64,000 nt of DNA, taken from positions 1,302,001-1,366,000 of the forward strand of contig NC_047028.1 of NCBI RefSeq assembly GCF_902652985.1, given 5' to 3'. The notes under the pieces are model-generated. The model had not been told where the DNA came from. It was given only the letters and a program-made list of their open reading frames with translations, and searched no databases. Numbering within the stretch: position 1 is the first letter of the stretch; every line of letters begins with the position of its first letter. Positions 1 to 28,618 of the stretch are shown here, one piece after another. The position numbers were made by a program, and so were the translations under genes. This DNA comes from Pecten maximus. Its lineage: Eukaryota.

Positions 1-214
1 TTAAACTTAATATTGACTTGTTCATTGTTACTCCGAGAACATTTCATATCTTAATCATGAAATACGTGTACTTATCTAATTCAACAGAGTGATGGCAAAT
101 GACTACTTTTACAACTGTTGACTGTATTTAATATGATTTAACAATATCGCATCCATATGAACAAAGGAGAAACACATAAATAATTTATAACTTATATTTA
201 ATATAACCACGTGA

Positions 215-3200
215 TCACCGCCTTATCCGGATCAGTAAAGTCTCAACAATAAGTAACACTGAACCAAACGCTGACACACTCGTTCCAAGGGATAACTGCA
301 CCAACCCAGGATCCCGTGACGTCACGAATCACACCTGTAACACAGAGACAACAATATTTATGTGTGAATTACACGATTCCCTTATCAGCACTTTATCAAA
401 TAGAACAACATGTTTATAATCTACAGCAAACGTATGCACATGGATTAATGCAATAACGAACCGGAATGATACCATATTGAGAGGGAAATCAAATAAAATT
501 GGCAAATATTCTTAATTCAATCCACAATATCTATCTAGATATTCAAAAATAACTTTTCCAATATATATATGGGATGAATTTGAATAAAGGATCTTGAAAA
601 GACAACATACCGGAGAGGAACGGATTAATCAGGAGAGCTAGGGAGGCGAAAAAGGCTGCGAATCCCCAAGTACTGGACAGTTTTTCGACCCCAAATTTAT
701 CAGCCAAAACCGCAATTTGAGTTCCCGAATATCCTCCGGTGAATAATCCGAGGAATGTTGACATAACACACAATCCAATGAATGAGGTCACGTGAGGCAC
801 AATGAACCCGATCAGAGAAAACAATATTAGGTTAATCATATACATCGTCTGACGTTCAACGAAGCGAAAATCGGCTAGCCAACCGAAAAATATTCTGCCG
901 GTAAGATCAGTTGCCCCAAGAACGGACACCAATATAGCTCCTTGCTCGTCACTGATTCCTCTCTCATTGGCCACTGAGGGCAGAACATTGTACAGAGAAT
1001 GCTGACCCATAATCCCCGAAAAAAAGGCAATTATAAGCACAATATAAGCTGGGTTCTTCAGTAAGCTCCAGTCTAGCACTGATTTCTTCTTTGCATTGTC
1101 GTCTTTCTCCGATATGTTGACAGGCGTATGTCCGTTATTAATATGTGTATTAGGGGAGTACCAATCCAAAATCATGGAGGGATTCTAAACTGGCAAACAT
1201 TAGATTCTTTGAAAATCCATTTGATGGCAGGATGTTATTTTGTTGCGTTGAACAGACCCTGACAGATTCAGTTCTTTTTCTTGTGCCTTCTTCGATTTGT
1301 TTAATTACCATACACGGCAATGAAGTCGACAAGGAATTGCTAGTTTCTTTTCCTTTTAACTCCATGTGATTCTTGTGTAGGAAATGCTCTGTATTCAGAG
1401 ACACCTGTGCCTCTCTACATTTTTCATAAGGGCTGCTTGTTTACAATATCTTTACTTTCATCTTTGATTAGAGAATCTGATCCAGTTGTATTTTCCAATA
1501 GTGATTTAGTTGTATCCTTGTCTACTAGCCTGTTTTTATCCTTCGTAGACTTACTGCCTGTTTTTTCCTCCATTCTTTTGTTTAATCTCCAGTAAGATGG
1601 CGGTCGATAGAGAGAACAAAACACACACGTGTGGAACATGAAACCCCCAACGAGGAGTAGACACCCTCCAAGTCCGTAATAGTTTATGAGAAACCTTATA
1701 ATTGGAGGTAGCGCGAATGACCCTGCTCCTGATCCGGATGCGGAAAGTCCACTAGCAAGTGCGCGACGCTTCCGGAAATGAAATCCCTGGAAAGTGAGTG
1801 ACGGCGACAAACACAAACCAAAGCCGACTCCTGTAACAACAAATTATTAGAAAGCTTTGAAGTACTTCTAGATTAGTGTCGAGGTGTGCCGTAAACCTAT
1901 CAGTGTTGGTTTTTAATTGGATCGTTTAACAATGATGCAGTCGTTTGAATCACATAGCTCCCCTATCGTGTTTGTAGCCGAAGTCACATACATAGAACAG
2001 CCGTTTTACCTATCTATATTATATGCTACATTCGATTGCGCTAGGCCTGCACCTTTTACTTTCAGAGATAATACAGAACTTTGATTGATAGGACACTCGT
2101 CTTTACCATCGAATATATGTTTCTATTGCGGAAAGCTACTATGTTACAGATATGGTAAGCTTATAGCTGGTACCAAAGTTATCCCGTTATATGTGGAAAT
2201 CTTTACCAAATACACTCACCGGAAATGACTCCATAGGTAACGTAAAATGCGGGCACTGACTGGACAAATGATGTACTAATTAAACCAATGGTGGCCAAGA
2301 ACCCGCCTAGGAACACCACCATTCTGTGTGAGTACCGCTCACTGAGGGCATTCGCCACGGGACCTGTAATGTAATTCAGTAAAAAAAAAAGGTCACCGAC
2401 ACTGGAACAATATCACAAACCATGTCCTTAATGATCAATCTTACAAACATTAAACTAAAAACATTTTATTAGAATCAATCAACATTTTATGACTATATAA
2501 ATTCTCCTCATTATTTCCATTGCAGGTAAGGCCTGCTGTCGATTTTGAATGATCAAGAAGAGGCGACTAATTTTCAAATTTTGATTTCTTCGTTTGTTTC
2601 TAAATGTTTCCTTCTTAATACCTCGCTTGACATTTTCTTAATTTTAACATGTAGTTTAAAACTAAAACCAAGGGAGAGAGACCACCAATCGCATATATCG
2701 ACGTTGGCCGCTCACAAGAGGAACTAGGAATTTTGTCAATAGAAATGTTCAACGAATTATTTGAAACTTCATCTTCTTCACACACAAATTGCGTGGTGTA
2801 TAACAGCAATATCACCACATGGGACACCACGACGACTGGAGTATGGAGATTTAGTTAAAGTGTGTTATTTTTAATCCGTAAAATTAAAAACTTACCTAAG
2901 GATAGATGGAAGAATCCGGCCAGACACTGCGGTCCTATCAGGATACTAGCAGGTACATTGAACAGACGGGATAATTCCACCAAAATAACTCCAAAGGACT
3001 TCAAAGTCCCCACCACCAGGGCACACACGCCGAAACAACCTACAAAAAGATTAGTATATTTTGTTGCCTCGTAGTACCGTTGTCACCATCCTAGTTCTCA
3101 TTTGGCGAATGTGACCTTAACCAGATTTGACCTGGATTTGAATGGCGGATGTCCTAGATTTGATCTAGATTTGTATGGTGGGTGTCGTTGATTTGATCTA

Positions 3201-6200
3201 TATTTGTATTACAGGGGTTGTAGACTTGATCTAGATTTGTATGGCGAGTGTCTTAGATTTTATTTAGATTTTAGATTTGACCTAGTTTGGTATTGCTGGT
3301 GGCGGCGATTTGACCTAAATTTGTATGGTGGGTGTCGTCGATTTGGCCTAGATTTATATAGCGGGTGTAGTAGATTTGACCTGGATTTGTATTGCAGGTG
3401 TTGCAGATTTGGTTAGATTAGTATTGCGGGTGGCGGTTTCACCTAGGTTGGTATTGTGGCTGTCAGAGATCTGTTGGAGACTCTTACTCCTTTCGATTTG
3501 GATGTTGGTATAGATGTTTATTTGCTGTTTCTTGGAAATGAAAATCTGTCAGTACAAACAAACACACCAATTTTCAGAAATGTGTTTATAATAGTTTTAG
3601 ATGTGATTTACCCTTAACGTCTTGTATCCGTTGTGTTTCTATATTTTTGTACGAAGAAAACTGTGCTCATTTTGATCAGATTAAGGTATTTTTCAATTGA
3701 TGTAGTAAAATTAATTCAGGAGATTAAATGTAATGTTAAAATTACTTTTGTCCAATATGTTTAAATCAAACAAACCATTAAAGTATGGCGTAATATGTAA
3801 TTGTTTTAATCCTGAAAAACACGTTTCAGTTTTCGATACATATACAGTCAAACTTCGATGTTTCGAAGTTCAAGGGACTAACAGAAAAACTTCGAAACAG
3901 CGGGACTTCGAATTATTCATGGTTGACAATAGATCGATGTTTTCTTGATAATGACCATATATGTTAACGTTACATGTCCTCGGTGCCTTCGTTATGATCG
4001 TCGCCTGCCAGGCTCAAAAGTTAATTTATACCTCAAACACAACAAAATAAAAATACTTTTCATTAATTATACCTAAGCATTTTATTAATTAAACAAACTA
4101 TGTATCGGTTACAAAACACTTATATCGCGTTTAACAGATAAAGCAAATCGTTAGGCTTTTCTGTTAAAGACACGTGCGGTTACGTTATGTGCATATAAAA
4201 TACGGAATGCCGATCGGTCGGAGAATGCATGATTGAATGACAAATAATCGATTTACTTGGATATTTATGTATAAGTTTGCAATGTGACACTTATGAGTGA
4301 AGACAAAAAAGTTCGATACATCGAAAACTTCGATTTATAAAAATTCGAATCATGCATAGGTTCGTTAGTAGCGTTATATAGTGAGGAAATTCGGGACCAA
4401 GCAAAAAGTTCGATACAGCGAGAAATTCGAATCAACGAAGTTCGAATCATCGAGGTTTGACTGTACTTACAATACTTATGGATTTGAAATCTAGGGGCTA
4501 TATACAGCACACGTTGTTAAACAAAATCCTTTGTGATTAATTGTTTTATTTATTAATTTTTAATTTTTTCGAAGATTATTTAAAGTTTGTTCTATTTTTT
4601 ATCTTGCTGAATAGCCTTCATATATTACACGTAAATGCAGAATAAATTGCAATTTACAAGCATAACACAGAGATGTTGTGCAAAACAACGATATCTTAGG
4701 AACTGGAATTATAAATGATTTATCCAAACTGGCATCAGAATTTGTATGGAAATTACATTAATTAAACATTATTTATAGACTATTTATAGACCTAATTTTC
4801 AACGAGAGAATAATTAACATTTTTTGTTCCAGACTGTATCGAATAAATGAAAAAAGTTCTTTGCCAAAAGGAATTTTGTGTACATTCTAATATCTAAGGA
4901 AGTGACTCGACACAATTATGTTGACAAGACGTATGATAACCCAGAACGAAACCGTAGGTTATCTTCACTTTGCACGATGACAAAAAAATTGAAGATGGTG
5001 TCCGTCTTTTATTCAATACGAAATAGATTTTTAAAACCTATTATCTTAGAAATGTAAGAATCTTTAAACAAGCAGAGCTTTTGAAAACAAAACAGTCAGG
5101 ATACACAAACCCTTTTCAGATAGAGCGTAAAAATTGTACCTGCTATCCCATTGCATTATCGCAGATATAAGTTAGGATCTTATCTTTTCTCTTCTTTCTC
5201 TAAGAAACGTTCTTCTTCGTAAAGTCTCTCTTGACACTGCCTCACTTTTGGCAGAAAGCTGAGCGTTTACCCTGTGATGAATGCTTTAGGTTCTATCTCC
5301 TGGCCGAAGCATACCAAAATCTATAGAAGTGGTATTTTTGCTCCTGTTGAGCGCTCAGGATTTTGGGAGTGGGACGACCGGTTCGATTGTTGTCGGTATA
5401 ATGTAACTTGGTTGTGTATCCTTCTTGGTGTCTTCGCAGTATGCGTGGGTGAGGTAGCACTACAATGTCGGCGTCAGTTCCGTGATATCACATGGAGACG
5501 AACATACATCCACCACACGCATGCATTTCTCACAAGGAAGAAGCCGTTCTTAAACGGCATTAGCTGTTAATAAGACGTTAAACAATAATGAGCCCAAACC
5601 CGCGACTCTTCCTCAGGGAAGTTCCGGCTACATCTTGGTTGTACTTCCATCCATCTTGAATTGGAAATAGTTTCCCAAGAACAGCTGCAGTAGCCGACAG
5701 CTAAGCCATTATCAATGTGGAACATTTTTTAGAATTTGTGTTAATATTTGGATTGTCTCTGTACGGGTGTTGCAATGAGTATTTGTGTTTGGTATTCTTA
5801 CATGACGTTAGCTTGATAGATGCTTTAATATTAATGTATGTAAATAGATACTTCCATATGACGTTAGCTTGATAGATGCTTTAAAGTTGATATATGTAAA
5901 TAGATACTTCCACGTGACGTCAGCTCCATAGATGCTGTAATGTTTATGTATATAAATAGATACTTCTACATGACGTCAGTTCGATAACTGAGTATTCTCT
6001 ATTTGGCCTTACTAACGAAATTGATGTTCCATTGACACTTCAGTAAACAGTACTCTGGCGCGTAGGAATACATTGTTGACAGTAAGATCGGGACCCCGAT
6101 TCGGCCCACACACGCTTTATTTCATAAATAAATTATTAACAAACAGCGATGCAAATCAAAACAATAAATGAATTGAAGCTATAAATGATTCAAATATCTC

Positions 6201-6467
6201 ATTGAAATGGCATAAATAGATGATGTTATAATGCAACTATAAACTCTAGCTTGAAGGACCGAAGCCTAGCGATGGATGTAATACAGGAAAATGCACGTAT
6301 CGAATGCATATTTCAATTGAAAGTGATATATTACCGAATACGATGACGAACGCCCATCCATGATCAATCGGGAGATAGCTGTAATCTGTCCAGGAATTCT
6401 GCTCCTCCTCACACTGAAGCTCGTCCCCATCCTGGTGGTCAGAACCGGCACTGTCGATATTCCTCAT
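215..6467 (-). CDS. SLC16/monocarboxylate transporter-like MFS gene, 5 coding exons (6467-6335, 3039-2896, 2363-2220, 1830-611, 334-215); three apparent +1 frameshifts in C runs
   Basis: GT-AG junctions with matching phase 1 throughout. MCT-type motifs: PIDHGWAFVIVFG (TM1), SFGV, F.KRRALASGL..SGSGAG, GRIFFGWLAD, G.IRDVTGSW. Removing one C each at ~1430, ~1155 and ~290 restores the frame and a hydrophobic last TM helix. Confidence 0.88.
3120..3460. repeat. Degenerate 33-bp tandem repeat (~10 copies) in MCT intron 1
   Basis: GATTTGATCTAGATTTGTATGG-like unit recurs every 33 bp; the ORF track shows an 11-aa periodicity. Confidence 0.75.
3845..4463. mobile_element. Tc1/mariner-pogo type MITE (non-autonomous)
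   Basis: TA|CAGTCAAACTTCGATG ... CATCGAGGTTTGACTG|TA: TIRs with a TA duplication, many internal TTCGA subterminal motifs, no transposase. Confidence 0.85.
5205..5585 (+). mobile_element. Diverged SINE copy (same family as 17260-17662)
   Basis: Co-linear similarity to 17260-17662 (GCGCTCAG, GTTGTCGGTATAATGT, GGTGTCTTCG, CACCACACGCATGCAT); ends in AAGACGTTAAAC. Confidence 0.7.
5800..5980. repeat. 56-bp tandem repeat, ~3 copies
   Basis: ATGACGTTAGCTTGATAGATGCTTTAA...TAAATAGATACTTC repeated at 56-bp spacing. Confidence 0.8.
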
Positions 6468-7812
6468 TCCGAGAAGTCTGTGACTACAGACGTGAAAATT
6501 TAAACGATCATGACATTGGTCTGTGTGTCCTACTGGATGTCGCGTGTTAAGATGTTTGGCCGTCTTATCTAGAATTTTATCTAGTGTTGGTAAATTACAT
6601 ATATATCAGAGAGCGTGGTTTGTGTGTAACATGCACAGTTACCTAGGTATACACACCTATCTGTACATCTTAACGTCTGTATGTTAGCTAATGTATGTTT
6701 AATACTAATGCGTGTCATTGTGTCCATGGTTACCACTCACCTGACAGGTAACGTTACTGACACAAGACACACGGCATATACCACCTGGCATACTTTATCA
6801 GTCATAATTTATGTATAAAATACTGTTCATCTATGAAATACTTTTCATTTATAAGCTGTTTATCTATGAAATGCCGTTAATCTATAAAATATTGCCCATC
6901 TATAAAACATTTCTAAAGTACTGTTTACCGATATAGTATTGTTTATCTATAAAATACTCATTCCGGTCTGGACAACCCCTCTGACTGTTCGATTTCCATA
7001 CCGTGATCAGACTTGTATGTCTTACCTGAGTGACTACCAAATAAATTCCAGATAAACAGTGATAACGTACATTATGTAAATATCTGTCAAAACATACAAT
7101 CACAATTAGCCAATGTACGGATACAAGTGCAATTTCCATAAGATGAAACAAGAAGGCGATTATATCTGTAATGCTGACTTTTAATTTTCCATAACATAAG
7201 AAAAAAGACATAGTACATTGTATATTGGAGTTGTGTGGGAATAGCTCTCTTGACTAGTGTACAAACAAGCAGTATAAGATTATTAAATGTTGAAATGTAC
7301 ATTTTGTTTAGTTGTATCGACGGATTATCAAATACTTTAATGTAAGAAGAGGTAGGATTAGTACGAGCTATACATTGTATCAATGGTAACGGTTCCATAA
7401 ATATGCAATGTTTTTTTATTGGTACAGAAGCAGAATGTGTAATACGTTTTAATAATGAAACATTTTAACAATTACAAAGAGAGGAAGAGAAGAAAGAAGT
7501 TTATCAATTTTCAAATGTAAGTAAATACATGTATATTGTAAATGTATATCGGGAATGGAAAATGCAACAACCAGACCGGACTCAAATCTCGGGCAAATGC
7601 TCTAACCACGTGAGTCAGTAGTCCAGTCCAGTCCTACAATATTGTGCAAATATTTTCCATATACGTACATTAATTATGTAATATATGTATACCTAAGTCA
7701 CCAGCTTCATACACACAAACACAGAAATGATCAAGGGCAGTCAAGCGCGGCAAACCAGGTAGTGTCGTACTTGGACCATGCTGAGTATATTTGTGAGAAA
7801 CAAAAACGTTTC

Positions 7813-8031
7813 TGTTATGTTCCCAGGGGGATTATTAATAAGAGGAATCCAAGAAGGAAACTGTCTGGCTCTCATAATCAACACAACACGTGGAGTCCAT
7901 ATTGTCGAACTACTTTTATTAATCAAACAGTGCGTATTCATACGCGAGGCGTGTATAACATAATAACCGTATATCCGGAATGGACTACTTATATAATTAG
8001 CGTGGCTAACTGGCTATTCAAATACACAACA
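7813..8031 (-). repeat. 3' LTR of Gypsy element
   Basis: Direct repeat of 12424-12642; adjacent to the PPT. Confidence 0.95.
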
Positions 8032-8337
8032 CTCCTCCCCTTTTCGATTTAACAATTACTTTTGTGATATAAATGTCTCTGAGATATAACTTGGAATATA
8101 AATGTCTCTGAGATATTACTTGGAGAATCTTGACTAGATTACAACTATGGATTTTTCTTTTACTGTTCATAACATACGAATATTAATTACTTTGATAAGA
8201 GTATTAACTTTAACTTTAACATCTAAACAAACTAAAACAAAAACTTATGATTTAGTAGAACCTATTTGGCCCTTATTGACACACAGGGATTATTATGCCC
8301 TTGCACAGTGTTGTCAATAACATATCACTAAAATTAA

Positions 8338-11300
8338 TTAAAGGTTCAATTTCACTGGAGCTCGTGAATGTTCTCTCTTTGGATAGCGTCGTGGAGCAAC
8401 ACTTACACATGGGGATGATTTGGAAATGATTGTCTGTTTTTGCTTAGGTGTAGGCATCACAGGTACCACTTCCTCCTTCCCGTCAGAAATAGTTGCTTTA
8501 TCAGATGACTGATGAGTCGATGATACTTCCGGTGTAATAGGACCGACTTCCGGTTCCGGTAAGTTTATTGTAGTGACATCCGTCTCTGATGGTTTAACAG
8601 TACAAGCACGAAGCTGGTCTGTATGACGTCTCCATAGAGTTCCTGTTCCAGTGTCAATAGTGTAGGACAGAGGTCCTGTTTTGGTGTGGATAGATGCAGG
8701 AATCCACTTCCTGTCTGACGAACGATAATCGCGTACCATCACACTTTGGCCTTTAGAAAACTGTCGGACAGTTTCTCCTGTGTGACGCGACAATGTCATG
8801 CGGTCTTGTCCGTATGATACCCTAGCTGACAAATCAGGTTTCATAATGTCGAGCCGTGTCCTTATATTTCGGCCTAAGAGCAACTTAGCGGGTGTCTCAT
8901 TCGTCAGCATGTGGTGTTGATCTGTGGTGTTGATCTGTACTTGCATAGAAATACACTCAGTTTTTGCTGTAATGTACGTTTTTCATCCTTTGCGTTTTTC
9001 ATGGCTTGTTTGAAGGTTTGGACGAAACGTTCCGCTTGTCCGTTCGTACGCGGATGATATGGTGATGATGTACTATGTCGAATACCATTCTGCTTCATAA
9101 ATTGACGAAACTCCTCAGAAATGAACTGAGGTCCGTTATCTGAGACTAATTGCTCAGGAATACCATGACGAGCAAATAAATTGCGTAGTAACTCGATGAT
9201 GAGCGTGGTTGTAGTGGATCTCATGATGAATACCTCAGGCCATTTGGAATGCGCATCAATAACTATTAAAAACATGAAGTTCATGAAAGGCCCTGCGAAA
9301 TCAACATGTATCCGTTGCCATGGGTTGGAAGGCCACTCCCAAGGGTGTACTGGTGCAGATTTCGGCATGTGTCCCGATCGTTGACATCCTAGACATGAAC
9401 TACACAACTGTTCAATTTGTTTATCAATGTTTGGCCACCAAACATAGGATCTCGCAACAGATTTCATCCGGACCACTCCTGGATGTCCATCGTGTAGTTC
9501 TGTAAGAACTCTTTCCTGTAGGCCACTTGGTATTATTACACGGTTACCTCATACTATACAACCTTGATGTACGGAAAGTTCATCCTGTCGATTTATGTAA
9601 GGTATGATATCAGGGTCATCTGTTTTCTTCAATGTTCCCAACATTAACATGTCGTACACTCGAGATAACGTGGAATCTCGAGATGTCTCATGACGAATTT
9701 GTGCACTAGTTACAGGTAGTGTTTCGATCTGTGCAGTGTAGAAAAGGTCCACAGGGTCCGTAGCTCCGTCTGAACTACCTTTCAATGGAAGCCGCGAAAG
9801 CGCGTCCGCGTTACAATGCTTTGTAGTGTTTTTGTACTCGATATCATAGGAATGTTCCGACAAAAACACAGCATATCGTTGAAGCCTGGCAGCTGTCATG
9901 GCTGGTATGGACTTGTGCGGATGTAGAATTTGAACAAGGGGCTTGTGGTCAGTCACTAGTGTGAAGTGTTTACCATATAAGTATGTATTAAACTTCTGAA
10001 CACCCCAAAACAAACCCAATGCTTCTTTGTCAATCTGTGAGTAACCTTTCTCTGCTTTGGTCAATGAGCGTGAGGCAAATGCAATAGGCCGCTCTTCGCC
10101 ATCTTTCATGGTATGAGAGAGAACACATCCTAGACCATATGGTGATGCGTCGCACGCGAGTTTTACTGGTAGTTCTTGGTCGTAATGGCATAGTACACGG
10201 TTAGATGTGATCAGAGTTTTAACCTCTCTAAATGATTCCTCGCAAGCTGTGGTCCATTTCCAGGTACTGTCACTGTGAAGAAGTTCATTTAGTGGTCCTT
10301 CGACTGTCGATAAGTCAGGTAAAAATCGGCGGTAGTAGTTTACCAAACCTAGAAATGAGCGTAGTTGCTGTTGGTTTTCAGGTATCGGAGCGTTCAGAAC
10401 AGCATCCACTTTGTCCGGCGATTTTTGGAGACCATCCTGACTGATGATGTGTCCACAATAAGTAACCTTTTCTTTGAAAAAGTCACACTTGTCCAAGTTT
10501 GCCTTTAACCCATACCCTTCCAATCTCTGTAGTACAGTTCTCAAATTTTGTAGATGTTCCTCGTCAGTACGACCGCTAATAATCATATCATCCAGGATGC
10601 ATGAGGTAAATGGAACGTTTTGAAGGACTTGGTCCATGGCTCGCTGCCATAATGCCGGGGCAGAGGCTACACCAAAGGGTAAACGGTTATATTGAAAAAG
10701 ACCTTTGTGTGTGTTGATTGTCAACAGTTCTTTAGACAAATCTTCCATCTCCATCTGCAAATATGCCTGCGTTAAGTCTATTTTCGAAAACCGTTGTCCT
10801 CAAGCCAGAGATGAGAATATAACCTCGATGCGGGGCAAGGGGTACTGTTCAACCTTCATGACTGGATTCAGGGTGACTTTATAATCCCCACATACTCGTA
10901 CCTGGCCTGATTTCTTCACAACCGGTACTATAGGTGCTGCCCATTTACTGTGATTGACAGGTATGATAATTCCCTGCTGTTCCAACCTCTGAAGTTCTGC
11001 TTCAACTTTGGGTTTCAATGTGTATGGTACAAGGCGAGCTTTATGGAATTTAGGTTGAGCATTCTCCTCTAGAGTAATACTACCTTTGATACCTTTAAGT
11101 TTTCCAATTCCCTCTGAGAATACTGCTTTGTGTTCATCGAGAATGTTCTGAAGTTCAGTCGGTGTGGACGACAATCTCAATACATGTACTTTAATGTCAT
11201 GCCAATCAATTTGAAATGTTCTAAGCCAGTCTCTACCAAACAATGCTGGGCCTTGTTGCGGTACTACTAACAGATTCTTTGTTGCTGTCTGATTGTACAG

Positions 11301-12384
11301 GTTAACCGAAACGCGTATCTCACCAAGGGGTTTGATATTTTCTCCAGAGTAGGTCTTCAACCTTATTGTGGTCTCATGTAGTGGTATATGACAGAAATGT
11401 TCCTTGTACAAGTCCTGAGAAATCAATGTGACTGTACTTCCTGTATCGAGTTCCATGTCTATCATTGTTCCCTCAATATTTGGTCTGATACGGATAGGAT
11501 CAGGGCGTCCATGCTCCATTCGATTGATGTAGTACAATGGTTCTTCTGGGTTAAGGTCATCGTCACTTCCCTCTTTGACATATTTCACATGTTTATGTTC
11601 TCGTTTTTTAGACAAGCATGCTTTTTTCGATATGCCCTTTCTTAGAACAATACCGACATATTGTGGATATGAACGTGCATGTACTGGCATCATGGGTACC
11701 TTCACATCGAAAACATTTCTTGTAATGTTTAGGACTTTGTGTGGAGTTAGTAGACCTATCACTGTTTTTGCGAGAAAAGTGTTTACCATGGCTCTGTTTA
11801 TTACCACTGTAGTGTGCCTTTATTTTGTTTACAGGCGTTGCTTTGTCATTATGTGATCGTTGGAGTTCAACTGCGTCCTTCCCTGCCGTTTCCATGGCAA
11901 CCGAAGTCTGAATAGCAGTGTCTAATGTTAGTGTCGTTTCAGCTAGAAGTTTACGTTGAATAGCTTCCTGGCGTAAACCACAAACTAGGCGATCCCTTAT
12001 TGTGATCTGGAGGGTATCTCCAAAATTACAATGAATTGATAACTTGCGTAATTCTGCTACATAAGTCATAACATCTTCACCAGGGCGCTGTTCTCTCTTA
12101 TGAAAGCGAAACCTCTCCGCTATCTCGGATGGTTTGGGATTTAAATGTTTATCTAGCAGGGCTATAATATCATCGTATCCCGTATCTAATGGTTTAGCTG
12201 GGGCCAGTAGATTCTTCAGCAACCCATACGTTTTAGGACCAATCAAACTAAGCAGCGAGGCCACTTTGATTTCTGGTTTGACGCCATTTGCAATAAAACA
12301 CACCTCGACCCGTTCGGTGTATGACTCCCAACTTTCGATCGATTCATCAAAAATACCGACCTTTCCAACGCCTCCTTTAGCCAT
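8338..12384 (-). pseudogene. Gypsy gag-pol polyprotein, disrupted
   Basis: Gag with tandem Cys/His knuckles (CFRCEGTH...C; CRYCSKKGHIEK-AC), protease LDTGS, RT (GDYK, LPFG, ILDD), RNase H (CDAS, DKEAL, TDHKPL), integrase (HVDFAGP, SDNGPQF, AERFVQ). Lesions: +1 in A run ~11625, in-frame TGA at 10800-10802 and 9549-9551, 13-bp tandem duplication at 8911-8936. Confidence 0.93.
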
Positions 12385-12423
12385 TGTGTTTTGCAGGTTC
12401 GTTTGTAGCTCGTCGCCAATTTG

Positions 12424-12642
12424 TGTTATGTTCCCAGGGGGAGTATTAATAAGAGGAATCCAAGAAGGAAACTGTCTGGCTCTCATAATCAACACAACAC
12501 GTGGAGTCCATATTGTCGAACTACTTTTATTAATCAAACAGTGCGTATTCATACGCGAGGCGTGTATAACATAATAACCGTATATCCGGAATGGACTCTT
12601 TATATAATTAGCGTGGCTAACTGGCTATTCAAATACACAACA
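12424..12642 (-). repeat. 5' LTR of Gypsy element
   Basis: Direct repeat of 7813-8031; followed by the PBS on the minus strand; contains a minus-strand AATAAA. Confidence 0.95.
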
Positions 12643-12679
12643 GTTTCTTGTTCTGTATAACGTGATATCTAGATACAGT

Positions 12680-28235
<15,556 letters not shown>

Positions 28236-28618
28236 TGTGTTTGATGTATCGCCTTTCACATATGCTTCGTAAATTTATTCAACGTGTTTTACACAACATA
28301 CATCAACAGAATGGTTGAATGAATCACTTAGAATCACCGAGACGTACACGTAATACATAACGTGGTCTCGTGTACAGTTGTGTAGTATGTGTTAAGACTA
28401 GTAAGTATTACCGATGGCATAGACGTTCGCTGGACGCGTGTTACTAAAAATAGATATACCGTTAATGAAAGATTTTAAATTATCGAGTCATTACTGTAGA
28501 TAGAAAGAACAAAGAACAGTTACATTTTTACATTATTTGATAGACACAGCAACATAACCCCGTACAATGTCTATTTTGGATCACCAACCTGTGGTAAGGT
28601 CTGCTATTAATTACTTAC

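Larger units (their letters stand above)
7813..12642 (-). mobile_element. Full-length Gypsy/Ty3 LTR retrotransposon (Mag-like), inactivated
   Basis: 219-bp TG..CA LTRs (7813-8031, 12424-12642) with 3 mismatches; 5-bp TSD GTTTC (7808-7812, 12643-12647); PBS TGGCGACGAG (12409-12418); PPT GAAAAGGGGAGGAG (8032-8045); gag-PR-RT-RH-IN order. Confidence 0.97.

Noticed and set aside
11608-12660. ORFs starting inside the Gypsy LTRs and antisense ORFs over gag-pol (also 7642-8052)
   Set aside because: Incidental frames. Gag most plausibly starts at 12384 after the PBS, and the antisense peptides have no recognisable motifs.
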